This document shows positions 15,965 to 28,854 of a stretch of DNA of 64,000 bases, piece by piece. Origin of the DNA: Felis catus (taxonomy: Eukaryota). The notes under the pieces were generated by a model. The model saw nothing but the letters and a program-made list of their open reading frames with translations. It searched no databases and was not told the DNA's origin. The number at the start of each line of letters is the position of its first letter. Positions within the stretch are counted from its first letter, which is position 1. The translations under genes were made by a program, and so were the position numbers. Where the stretch lies: NCBI RefSeq assembly GCF_018350175.1, contig NC_058368.1:234300001-234364000 (forward strand), given 5' to 3'.

Positions 15965-16972
15965 TTAAAGAAGAAAAGAGATTTTGCAGGGTGAACCTCG
16001 ACCTCATGGGTCCCTGGAGCCCCAGACCCTCCTCCAAACCCCCCGACAACAGCCGGTGCTCACCTCTGCCCGGCCCTCTTGGCCGGACTCAGCATCAGTC
16101 ATGGCCACTACCTGCGGGAAGGCTTGGGCTCCACAAGCAGAAGCTGGCTAAGTTCTTGTCCCGCCCCCGGGGGCACCTGGTGATGGGGCGACACTCCAGG
16201 TCCCCAAATTATGTTTGCGAGAATTTTTGCAAACGCTCAAAGGAACTCCAAAGCCAGCTTTTAAATTATGTTTCGTGCTGATGTTTCTCCAAACAATCCT
16301 ACTTTGGGTTTTCACTAAGACAATTTCACTAAAAAACAAAACCAAAGCAAAACAAAAAAGCAAAACAAACAAAACACAAAAAACCACTTTCCTGAAAACC
16401 CAGAGTTAAGAAGCTAGACTGGAAAGGTTCTCATCATAAAGACGTGCAAGGTGCTCAAAACCTGCCTCGTGAGGGCTGCCCAAGCAGCCATACTGACCAC
16501 ACCCCTCCCCACCCCACCCCACCCCCCACAGAAAATGAATTGTGTACTTCCAAAACAAAAGGCAGACTGGAAGCAACGAAAAAGCACTTTCCCTCACCAA
16601 AACGACTGGTCTAATTAAAGGTCTGGATACAGGGTGCGCACCTCTTCTGGGCCCTGAAACGCACCTGGCAGGAAACTGCCAAGGCCACACAGGGATGTGA
16701 CAGGGATGGGCCAGCGGGTGGTGACTGTGACTCCTGGAGACCAGCAAGACCAGCAAGCATGGGCAGCTACAGCGAGTGTGGTCCAAGAGGGCAGAAAACC
16801 AAAATGCTTTCCCAAAGAACTTCCCAGACGGTGTTTCAGAAGGAGCCCACGTGTCCACAGCACAGTCAATTCCTCATGAACAATCCCTGCTCTCCATCAC
16901 CGCTGGGCACGGCACCTCCTTGTCTACACTCACGGGACGCTTTCCCAAAACCCCTCCCGGTGCTCGTCTGGC

Positions 16973-16974
<2 letters not shown>

Positions 16975-17006
<32 letters not shown>

Positions 17007-17030
17007 ACCCACCCACACACACACACACAC
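16975..17030. repeat. interrupted (AC)n microsatellite
   Basis: direct reading. Confidence 0.95.
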
Positions 17031-17894
17031 CCTCCTACACACTCACAGATTCTAGAGATTAGCGACAATACCACAATACTTATTTCTCGGTCGCTCAGTA
17101 CAGACAAGCTTCCTTCTTAAACACCGCTCTCAGGCTGGCCTCCGGAGCCCGGGACGAGAAGCAGGTGAGGCCACCAGCAGAAAAGGCGGCCCGGCATCAG
17201 CTCATGCTTAGAGAACTGAGCAGTGCCAGACCCGTGTGGCTTGGTTCCCCTGAAGTCTACACCGGGCCCCTGGCAGTGGAGGGAGAGGTGTGCACAGCAG
17301 CTCCTGTGACACCGACTGGACCGTCTGTCCGCCCCGTGCTCCGAGCCAAGGGCAAGCAGGGCCTTCTTCCGCTCCTCTGCATCTAACCCGGACACTGGTC
17401 AGAGACCACCGCCATCTCGTTCCCGTCAAGGACAAACGGCAGAGCCCCAGAGGGCAGGGCGGGGGGGCTCGGAGAGGCACCACGCCAGGGGCCAGTGAGA
17501 GTCGAGGGCCCGAGCAGTGTGTGCCCCAGACTTGGACTTGGGTAAACCTAGATGAGTGCACGTCAGAGCACCCGCATCTTGCAACTTGTCCCCGAGATAA
17601 AAGGTCTCCACAGGTACGTGTCTGAACGATGAAAGGAAGGGGCAGGTTCTTGCTTAACTAGAAGCCGGCAAACGGTCGTTGTCTTCTGTGTAACAAACGC
17701 CGTGTTTTAATCACTGGGCTACGGGAGCGAGACTGGGCAGCACAGGAACGCGTCGGTTCCTCACGCATCCGGATGGAGGCTGGCCCTGGCCCAAGCATGC
17801 ACTTCAGCGCCAAGTACCGTGTGATGCTCTCACAACGTGCCACGAGATACGTGCTCGGCTGGTAGTCCTAACTACTCGAACACGGCTACATTTA

Positions 17895-18191
<297 letters not shown>

Positions 18192-19083
18192 TCACTCACT
18201 GTGCAGTAACACGCGCACGTGGGGCACACGCTCACAACTCCTTCGAGGGGCACACCCACCCCCACTGAGCACATCCCTCTGAGGGAGAGAAAACGCGGTG
18301 TGCAGCTGCTGGTAACGTGTGGGCGGAGAGCCGAGAGGCGGGAAGAACCTCCCAGCATCCTCAGGTAAGTAAGGAGGTTGAAACGCTCCTCGGAGGTTTC
18401 CTGGCCCTCCGTCTACACTGTTGTCTACACTGCACCACTCTGGCTGACCTGTGGCTCCTGGGTACCCGGGATCTGTTCCGTTCCCTCCGGGCCCTGCCAC
18501 GGCTATCCCCAAATCCTGGGATTACAGCCCTGTTTAGTCTCCAAGTGTTAACAGTGGGTTCGGAGAAAATAAGCTGTTAACGAAACACCGCACATAAAAC
18601 TGATCTGGGTATCAAGATAGTTCTTGACGAGGAAATACTGAAGCATAACTTTAGGAGGCTACCTCATTGGCTGCTTTTCAATTAAATACAAATACAAAAT
18701 ACTGCTTGAATAGAATTCTGCTGGAATCTTCATTGGAACATCAGATCAGTTTTCAAAAACACACCCAAACTTTCAGAGTTTTCTCTACCGCGTTTCTTCC
18801 CATGGCCCTCCCGCTCATCTTTACGTTCCTAACGGCCAGCATTTCTGCGACACCCCAAATCAAGCGCAAGAGGGGAAATGCAATCAGTTATTATAACACT
18901 AGATTAAACGTTATTTCCTGCCCTGTTCCCTCTGTGCTGCCGTCTCTTCCTTTAGCTTACGTTTCCAGCCTGGGATCTGAATATGAGGAGCCTGCGTTTA
19001 GCCCTGACCGCACACTCAGATGTCGCCCGCCCCAGCTGAGTGGCCGTCGGGCCGGCCTGTGCAGGGGGCAGCCTGGTACTCAC

Positions 19084-19130
19084 CTCGTGGGAAGATAGAG
19101 GCCTGTACTAAAGCTGCCGAATATCTGTAC
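19084..19130 (-). CDS. TENT4A: TENT4A coding exon 3 (VQIFGSFSTGLYLPTS)
   Basis: acceptor tttctttcag, donor AG|gtgagt; 47 nt; GS motif of the NTase signature. Confidence 0.96.
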
Positions 19131-19304
19131 CTGAAAGAAAAGAGTGGTCGTCTTACAGCACAGGCCGGTGCGAGTAGGCAGCCCTCCACCCCCCCCCACA
19201 CCCCCCTGCAGAAGAATTTTTTAAAACTCAAAATTGAGAGATGAAACAATTACTGGCCTTTCCCACAAGTGCTCAGAGCAGAGGACTTTTCGGAGCTGCT
19301 TTCA

Positions 19305-20081
<777 letters not shown>

Positions 20082-22073
20082 TCAGAAGCTGAGGGAAGCC
20101 CGTCCACAGAGCGCAGAGCGGGGCCGGCCTGGCATCCAGGCCTCCGATCCCACCGCACCCCGGGGACGAGAGCCCCCTCGCCCTTGCCACCACACTTGGG
20201 GGTACGCCCCCCAAAGGCGCCAGCCGACCAGGAGGCCCACAAGCAGACGCGGGTGCGGTGCCAGTGCGAGGCCCTCTCTCCCTAACAGAGATCTCCTTAA
20301 GTAGCGGCCGGAAAAGCCCATCCCGTGGCAGGCCCCGGCTCATGGAGCTCGGTTTCAGGGCCAAGGATCTACACGGAAGCCTCCTTCTGCAGGAGGGAGA
20401 TACGGTCATCCTCACTCACTTTCAGGGATTAAATTATGGGGCAGGTGATCTAATCCTGGGAAGCAAAACAAATCCAATTCACCTACTTCCTCTCTAAGTC
20501 TGATCAGTGAACAAAGAAATGACAAAATAGAACCTGCTCGATAACAACATAACGTTAGCGCGACAGCCAGCGGAACAGTCCGCGTGACAGACGGCGACAC
20601 TTCTCAACAGGACCTGTTAGTGTCAAGTGACAAAGGCAAGGGGCATCACATCCCCTCACGAGTCACATCGGCCCTCCACTCCCTCGCCTGGAGCTCTGCC
20701 CCGGCACCCCCGAAATCCCTGTGCAGCGACCGTTCCTAACACTCAGCAGCCGGCTGACAGGCTCCTGGAGGCCGCTGAAAGCTCGCTGGGGGCTCTAGCT
20801 GGCAGTCGGCGATCCCCCACACCTCTGCCCTGGGTACGTCCGCACTGGATGTAGGCCAGTTAGATTCAGGCCACCAGTGGAGCTTAAAATCAGGTCTATC
20901 TTGTTCAGCTTCGTAGGAAATCAAAAAAAGAAAATCCCACCCAAGCACGCTGCTGCCTGAGCCAGCACAAGAGCACATGGGCTCCAGGGCCTCTCAGGAC
21001 CCCTCTGATGACAGAGGTATGAAATTTGGAGGCAAAATTATAAAGACACAGATCTAGAGAAGTTAAACAGCTGACCGACCCAAGTCGCAGAAGGGGAATA
21101 CCCAAGCCAGCATCTGGAATTCTATCCACATCCCACACGCCTAACCCATGAAAACATCTGGCAAACGGGGCGTGCCACTTTCCCAAAACGTCACTGCAGG
21201 CCGGCACCTGCAGGGTAGAAGGTACCAGGACCGTCAACTTCCTTCTAAGCCGCGTGCAACTCAAGTGACAACCTAAGACTTTCAGCCCCCGACGTCCCAG
21301 GCCTCTGCCCTCATCACCCTCAAGGCTCCAGAAAAGGAAGGAGCAGGAGGGACCCCTGTCATCTGCACAGACACCACCAGTGAGCGTCACACCGTGTCCT
21401 TTTATCGCAGGTCCGCTGACCGGCTGGAGACAGAAGACGGGGCTGCCTGGCGTCTCCCCTCCCACCCCCGCCCACATTTCAGGAGAGACGAACAACGAGG
21501 TGGAGGCAGGCCCACGTTCCCAGAGCTCGAAGTGGTGCCAAGTGCAACACGAGGCCTCCCGGTTTCAGGGTCGCGTTCCGCAGAGAAGAGAAGATGCGCT
21601 GACAACGCACCGACCTGAAATGCGGCTTTCGTCGGGCCTAACCGGTAACAGCTGTGACAGAGACCAGACAGCAAGAGGACTCCGGCTTTGCCTTCTGGGA
21701 ATAAGAAGGGCACTCCCGGCGCACGCAGGGACTGGATGAGAAGCCCCCGCTGGCCCCTTCTGCAGGCGAGCGGGGTCGGCGAGCCACAGTGCGACTCCTG
21801 CAGCTGCGGGGACCACGGCGCTCTGGGCTGCGATGGCACCGTGGGCCAGACAGACAGGAAGCTCTAGCCATCACCACAAGTGGGCAGACCCCAAGAGCCC
21901 CCTCGGCTGCTTGCTCTTACTCAGCAGGGTCCTTGCGGAGCCCTCCCTCAGCTGAGGAGGCACCCAGGACTGGGCGAGGAGGGTGGGGGAATTGAGCAGG
22001 GAGGGGACGACCGCCCAACCCCAACCCGAAAAGGACTGTGCCATCAGAGCAATTCAACAGACACCACAGGACA

Positions 22074-22268
22074 GGGGCGCCTGGGTGGCTCAGTCGGTTA
22101 AGCGACCGACTTCGGCTCAGGTGGTGATCTCACGGTTTATGAGATGGAGCCCCGAGTCGGGCTCTGTGCTGACAGCTCGGAGCCCGCTCAGATCCTCTCT
22201 CCCTCATTCCCTCCGCCCCTCCCCCACTCTTTCTCAAAAATAAACATGAAAAGAAAAGAACAAAAAAC
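22074..22268 (+). mobile_element. CAN/SINEC SINE
   Basis: ggggcgcctgggtggctcagtcggttaagcg head, A-rich tail. Confidence 0.9.
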
Positions 22269-24704
22269 ACAAGACAAGGGGGGCAGCACGCCTCTGCCCT
22301 CCCACCCACCCCCCCCCCCGCCTTCACTGCCCCCGGCGTCCTTCCCGCAGCGTGGCGAGGGCCTCCCCGCTCACTGCCTGGCCTCCGGCGCCCGAACAGT
22401 GCTGGTTCCTGGGGAGCATCTGACTGGAGTGTGTGGGATGAATCAAAGCAAGCTCTGATTAAATGAATGCTTTGCTTAGGACCTTGTCATTTAACATCTA
22501 CATTCCCCATGAAATACACCCAAACTTAACATTCCAAACAGGGCTAAATACAAGTTTGAATTATTTTATTCACGCCTAACATTACGTGTAGTTTTCATCA
22601 CTTTAAGAAACTGCATCTTATGTTGTCGACAATACACTTTCACAATGAAGTGTTATCAGCCACAGGCCCAACTGCAGGCATCAGACACCCCACAGGTCAA
22701 TTTATTAGTCTGTTACTCCCGACCCTGAATCCACCGGCACACTCAATTCTCCAAAGTGGTTCAGAGTTTCGTCCGTCATCATTTCTGTCCACGTGATCAT
22801 TTCCACACAGCAACAAAAGCGAGGAGGCTCACTCTTCTCACACATCAAAACCTCAAAGGCATTGCACATCTGACAAGACATCTACATAAAACCACACTGA
22901 AGTCTCCGTATCTACGATTAGTCATGATCTCTTAGGGCTCAATGTCAGCCACCAGCATTCGGTCTCCAAATCTTCCATGGAAATTTCTGTGCTGTGACCA
23001 TCATAGAAAAATCTCCTCTATAACAGATCACAGAGGGGGCATCTCAAAACCACCAGGACACTACGATTATTTAATGAGATTTCCTGGCAAGGTTTCTTAA
23101 GGGAAGAGAGGCCCACGTGATCGATTGCGAGAAAGGCCCCAGGTATGGAACAAGGAGGGCAGGTGAATGCAGTGGGCCAACCCCATGATCTAGACTGGAC
23201 CACCAACACTCCATTACTTCTGTTCTCTGTAGCCAAACTGAATCCTGAACAGGAGCCTAAAAACAACGGTGTAAGAGTCCCACCTTGTTCGACACTTGAG
23301 AATGTAATACAGAGGCAGAGTGGAACTTTTTAAGTGAAAAAAGCCAAACATGAGAAGGAAAAACCCACAAGGAACCATCAGCAGCTTGGACTTGAAGACG
23401 GCCTTTCTACGCTCTCATACAAAACGACAACAATCACAACACAGAGACTGAAGAACTTCTCTCCAAAAACATGCTGACAGTAAACAAATTAAAAAGCGAC
23501 TGGCAACTGCACATGGCAGAAATAGGACGAATCCGACTCTGCAGAAAGACCAGGCCCTGGCATACTCTGGGGTAAGCTGACAATTTATCAAAAGGCTGAG
23601 CCCAGTCACTCCACTTCCGGAAACCTGTGCTGAGACCCTGAACCACCCCCAGAATCTGCAGGGCCTGCTCAGTGCAGGACTGGGGCCATCAGGTCTGGGC
23701 CATCGGACCTGGTCCCACAGGAGACGCTGTCCACTCATTAAGAACACGGAAGACGTGAGTGCCCCAGTGAGGAAGATCCCACGACAGCCTGCTGGTACAA
23801 AGACTGATAACAGACCCGGCCCCGCTTGCGTCTGAGTGCCCGGCCCCTCCCTGTGTGCAGCACTAAGCACAGGACAAGGTCTAAAAGGCCACCTGCTGAC
23901 GCTCACAGCGTTTCCCACCCAAGAGACTCAGATGGACTGGCCTGAGAACAGTCCACTTTCGAATCTCGAGACTTCTATGCAGATTGGGTTTTTTTTTTTT
24001 TTTCAAGAACGTGCTCATCATACAAATTAAAAAATGAACACAAAAGAGTCAACTGCATTTTAGACGACCAGAGTGTGATTTTTAAGTTCTCTCTGCCTTG
24101 TGCATTTTCTAACGATGAATATAGATGCCCTGAAAAAAAAAAAGAGGGTATCGAGTCAGGCCTCCCATCTGCCCCACACGAGGCAGTGGACTCCGGGAGA
24201 GGTCTCCCAGAGCAGACCGGCGAGGGGCGCGCAGGTACCAAGGCCGCCTCCGGGAAAGGAGGGGTACCTGCTCCCCACACGGTTGGCCGTGGGGATGGCA
24301 CGTGCTGTGCGAGGGCCACTGAGCACCCGGGACGTAGTGCTGCACGTGCACAACCGCGGACCCGGGGCTCTAATCTGCCTGAAAGTAAATCTAAACAGCC
24401 ACACGCGAACTAGCGGGCCTCTCGCGCGGCCCTGGCGGCCGCTTCCTGACTCCCCCCAGGACAGGCTAAATGAGACACGGGGCAGGCAGGGGCAGCCCCA
24501 CCTAGGGCACACTTGTCGAGCTTTCCCAGAACTGCACGCACGGGCTCTGTCTCATCCCCCAGATCCTCCCTCTTCTCGCCCTTGGAGGACCTGGCAGCCC
24601 CCGAAAGCAGAAGTGACCCCCCCACCCAAGGATCGGTCTCGCTGGTGGGGCTCCACCAGGCGCACACAACCCTCCAACCAGAGCCCAAGTGGACAAAAAC
24701 GCAC

Positions 24705-25035
24705 TGTGGTAAATAATGCTGCAAAAGAACACAGGGAGGCACAGGTCTTTTCACAGCACCGTCTTCGTTTCCTTTGGGCAAATACCCGGCAGAGGGATTG
24801 CTGGATCAGAGGGTAGTTCTGTACGCATTTAAGGAGCCCCCACGCTGCTCTCCACAGCAGCTGCACCAACTGACGTTCCCACCGACGGTGCACAGGGTTC
24901 CATTCCCTTCTCGTTCACGCCAACACCGGTTATTTCTTGTGCTTTTGGTACCAGCCATTCTGACACGTGGTATCTCATCATGGTTTTGATTTGCATCTGG
25001 GCATCTCTTCGCGTGTCTGTTGGCCGTCTGTACAG
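24705..25035 (-). mobile_element. L1 ORF2 C-terminal fragment (inverted part of a 5'-inverted L1)
   Basis: minus-strand translation resembles the L1 ORF2 Cys-rich end (RCWRE..GTLC..; WERQLVQLLWRAAWGLLK; FAALFT). Confidence 0.8.
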
Positions 25036-25039
25036 ACAA

Positions 25040-25560
25040 CACGTGGAGGCAGCTCAAGTGTCCTCTGACAGACCAATGGACAAACATGTGGCGGACCTAC
25101 ACAACGGAATATTACTCGGCCACAGAAAAGAGCGACATCTTGCCATCTGTGACCACAGGATGGACCTGAAGGGCATGTTATGTGAAGTGAGTCAGATAAA
25201 GACAAACAGCATATGATTTCACTTATATGTAGAATCTAAAAAATAAAACAAGCAAGCAAACAGAAAAAACAGGAGTGGACTCATAAACACACAGAACAAA
25301 CCGGTGGTTGCCAGAAGGGAGGGGGGTGCGGGGATGGGCAGATAAGTGAAAAGGATGAAAAGAGGAAGACTTCCAATTATAAAATTGGTCTCGGAGATGA
25401 ATGAACAGTGCACCACAGGGACCAGAGTCAACGGTACCGTAATAACTGCACGGTGACAGATGGTGGCCACATCTGAGTAATGTAGGGAACTGGTGAATCA
25501 ATGTTGTGCACCTGAAACTAACACTGCATACCCACTCTTCCTCAATTAAAAACAAACAAG
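25040..25560 (+). mobile_element. L1 ORF2 end and 3' UTR (L1MA-like)
   Basis: caagtgtcctctgacagaccaatgga..., ggacctgaagggcatgttatgtgaagtgagtcag..., A-rich tail. Confidence 0.82.
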
Positions 25561-27828
25561 ACAAGGCAACTTCTAACAGGTCTTGGGACTCTCTTTTCCA
25601 AACTTTCTCCAAAACAGATGTTCTTAAATCTCAGGGCTAAAAGTGGGTAAGAGAGAGTCATGTCTGTCAAAACTAAACATTACAGTTCTTGATAGAATTT
25701 AGACACATACTTACTGTTACATTTACAAAACTGTGGTTTAACAGCTTAACAAGATGTTAGTAACAATGGTGCCTGATTACGGCATTTTCCAAAGACGCTG
25801 ATCTAATTACAGAACTGGGCAGACTATTCTTCCAGTCTCACTGGAAGGCACTCTTTTCCCCCAACGTTCTAACATGCCTGGAACTGGGATGCAGTTTTCA
25901 ATCAATGCCCGGGCATCAGATCAATTTTAAAATTAAACACTTTTCTTCCTTCATGGTACATTTCACAATGGTGCATCTTTTTCGGGTCAGCTGATCTCTC
26001 CAGGAAGTTGTCTATATGAAGTTTATATTTCTGACCCACGAAAACAACTTCAAATGGATCAGGGTTTTGCATACAATGGCACCAGGACCCAAAGAAATGC
26101 GGGAACTAGAAGCTGACCACAAGGCGTCCAGTCCCGGGGAGGCAACAAGAGTAACAGCAAGGACCCCGGGAACGTGACGCCTTCCCCGCCACACTCTCCA
26201 GCCTCAGAGCCGTGAGCAAACCCTGGAGCCTCTGAGCTGCGCAAACTTCCTACTAAGCAGAGAAGCCAGGTGTACGTGCTGCTGGGGGCCGTGACACTGC
26301 TCTTCTGACTGCTCAGTGGTGGCGTCGCAGCCTCATCGGAAGCGGATCACCAATTTGGGCAGGCGCGGTGGGAAAGGAGGCCGCGAGCAGCGTGTGCGTC
26401 TCTGGGCAGTGGAACGCAGGTGCTCCAGCAAGGCGCCCGGCCCATTCGGGTCGGGTGCGCTCTGAGATCCCATGTGGAAGATCTCACCTTTGCACGTGGC
26501 ACTCGCTGCAGCGAGCCCTGAACGATGCACTTTCTGGTATTTTAAGAAAGACGGGAATGGTGAGAGCAGAGTTTTCAGTAAATTTCAGTTTTAATCATGA
26601 AAGTACTCGACTTCTGAAGCACCATTTCCCAGCGTACTCTTAAACTAAGGATCCGAAAATACAGTTCTTTCAAAAACAAGACACTTCTCATCCACAGTTT
26701 GCTCTCTTCCAAGAGTCCAACCCCATTCAAAAGGTAATGACTGCTCAATTTCTAGTCGGTTTTGCAAATTCTGCTTTTAGTACCAAATATGAAGATCAGT
26801 AATGTTTCAGTATCTATCTTAGCACCTGGTGTATGGTTGCTGTAAATATCTATGAAACCCAACTCCGTGAGCTACTTGGAGGGTGAAATGTACTATTTGG
26901 TTAGCAAACCCAACCATCTGATTTAGCAGCTCCTGGGGCTACTGATGAACACAGACGACCACTGCGGGAGGACGTCTGATTTTAGAAGCTGAGCTGGCAG
27001 GCTTACACGGTTCCCAACTTCGTCTAATCTGCATCGAAGCCAGCGAGGAGGGCTGGCTGGTTCCAAAGGTGCTGCAGGGTGAGCACCCCCCTCCCCCCCA
27101 GGGGGGGGACTTGGTGCCCAGCCCCAGGCAGAGCCAGCTCTTACCCCCCTCCCAGCCCCGGCACCCTCTGCCAAGTGACCCAAAGGTGGCTTCTCTGTAC
27201 CCACCACGCAGGACAGGTAGGGGTGCTGCTGCAGGTAATGGACACAAAGACACAGGGGCCAGAAGCGAAGATGATCAAACGTATTGCAAGCAAGACACAC
27301 GGGAAGAAAAGTGGCAAAGGAAACGTGCTGAACAGGTAACGATGCTGGCCCGGGAGGCGGGAAGCACAGGTGGGTTTGCCTGTCCCCCTAGATTTCAAAT
27401 CCCGCGGTTTCTTCCAAGGAAAGCGATGGCCAGAGGTGAGGTTTTGGTCACCATCTCCTTAAGGGAAAAGGGATGTCAACGAACGCGCACAGGGCCTCGG
27501 ACGCAGCCCCGATTTAAGCACCTGCCTCTCTAAATACAAGCTGTGCTCCACAGGGCCACCAGGGTGGATGTTCCTGGCTCACTGAAGTCTCAAACCCTAA
27601 ACACTGGTCCTCAGACCCCTCCCTGGTCCCCATGGTCCCTGTCAGTCCTGTTAGCCACGCGTTCCAGTATACCTTCACCATATGCCCCATGAACCTGGTC
27701 AATTCCAAATGCTGGGGGAGAAGCATGCTTTCCATTACAAAGGAAAATGCAATAGAAAACACCAGAAATTGCGTTCGACTGTTAACTTATTCCCTCCTCT
27801 CCCCCACTTCCTCCAACTCTTCTTAAAA

Positions 27829-28015
27829 CCTGAGTGGCTCCATCGGTTAAGCGTCTGAATCTTGATTTTGGCTCAGATCATGATCTCACAGCTCCTGGGC
27901 TCAAGTCCTGCATCAGGCTCTGCGCTGAGCGCGGAGCCCGCGTGGGACTCTCTGCCCCCCCTCCCCCACTGCGCAGCAGCAAATGCTCTCTCAAAATAAA
28001 TACATAAACTTAAAC
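27829..28015 (+). mobile_element. older degenerate SINEC
   Basis: cctgagtggctccatcggttaagcgtctgaatcttgattttggctcagatcatgatctc... ending tcaaaataaa. Confidence 0.8.
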
Positions 28016-28524
28016 TGTAGCAAAACAAAAAACCTTCCAAAGGCCTTAAAAAGCCAGTGGTTTCTCATAAACTGGAGCTCCTTCCCTTGACTCCACATGT
28101 TCACTGTCGACATTTTTGCCAAAACCACTGCCTTGATGAAACTATCAGGAGTTAACCACTGGAGTCTGTCCATTTTGAAGCACGCGCCGATGAACCTGCA
28201 GGGGGACGAAGGACTCAGACTCCACCCCACTGCACAGACGGCAGAGAGGGAGGTGCTGACTCAGATCCGAACCAAAAAGAATGGGCTGCTAAGCCAACGG
28301 CAAGTGCAGACTTCCACGAGGGAAAGGCTGAATCATTTCTATTTTCGGGGGTGAACGATCCTCTTTAAATTACCCATTTACGGATACGGTTAATGAACTA
28401 ATTACGAATCATTTTTATTTATTTTTAATTATATTACAAGGCAATTAACATCTGCACCAAGTATTTAGAAAACCTTGAAGAAGGCTTTCAAAAATTTATT
28501 TGTTTTTTAAAATACAAGCTCACT

Positions 28525-28854
28525 GGGGTGCCCGGGTGGCTCAGTCGGTTGAGTGACTGACTTTGGCTCAGGTCATGATCTCACGGTCTGTGCGTTTGAG
28601 CCCCGCGTTGGGCTGTATGCTGACAGCTCAGAGCCTGGAGCCTGCTTCGGATTCTGGGTCTCCCTCTCTCTCTCTGCGCCTCCCCCACCATGCTCTGTTG
28701 CTGTCTCAGAAATAAACATTAAAAAATTTTTAAAAATAAAATAAAATAAGATAAAATAAGATAAAATAAAAATAAAATAAAATAAAATAAAATAAAAATA
28801 AAATAAAAATAAAATAAAAATAAAATAAAAATAAAATAAAAATAAAATAAAATA
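28525..28854 (+). mobile_element. CAN/SINEC SINE with an expanded (AAAAT/AAAAAT)n tail
   Basis: TSD aaaatacaagctca at 28509-28522 and 28855-28868. Confidence 0.92.

Noticed and set aside
18362..18370. Perfect plus-strand donor CAG|GTAAGT in intron 3
   Set aside because: Antisense to the gene, with no supporting exon or promoter; isolated consensus matches occur by chance
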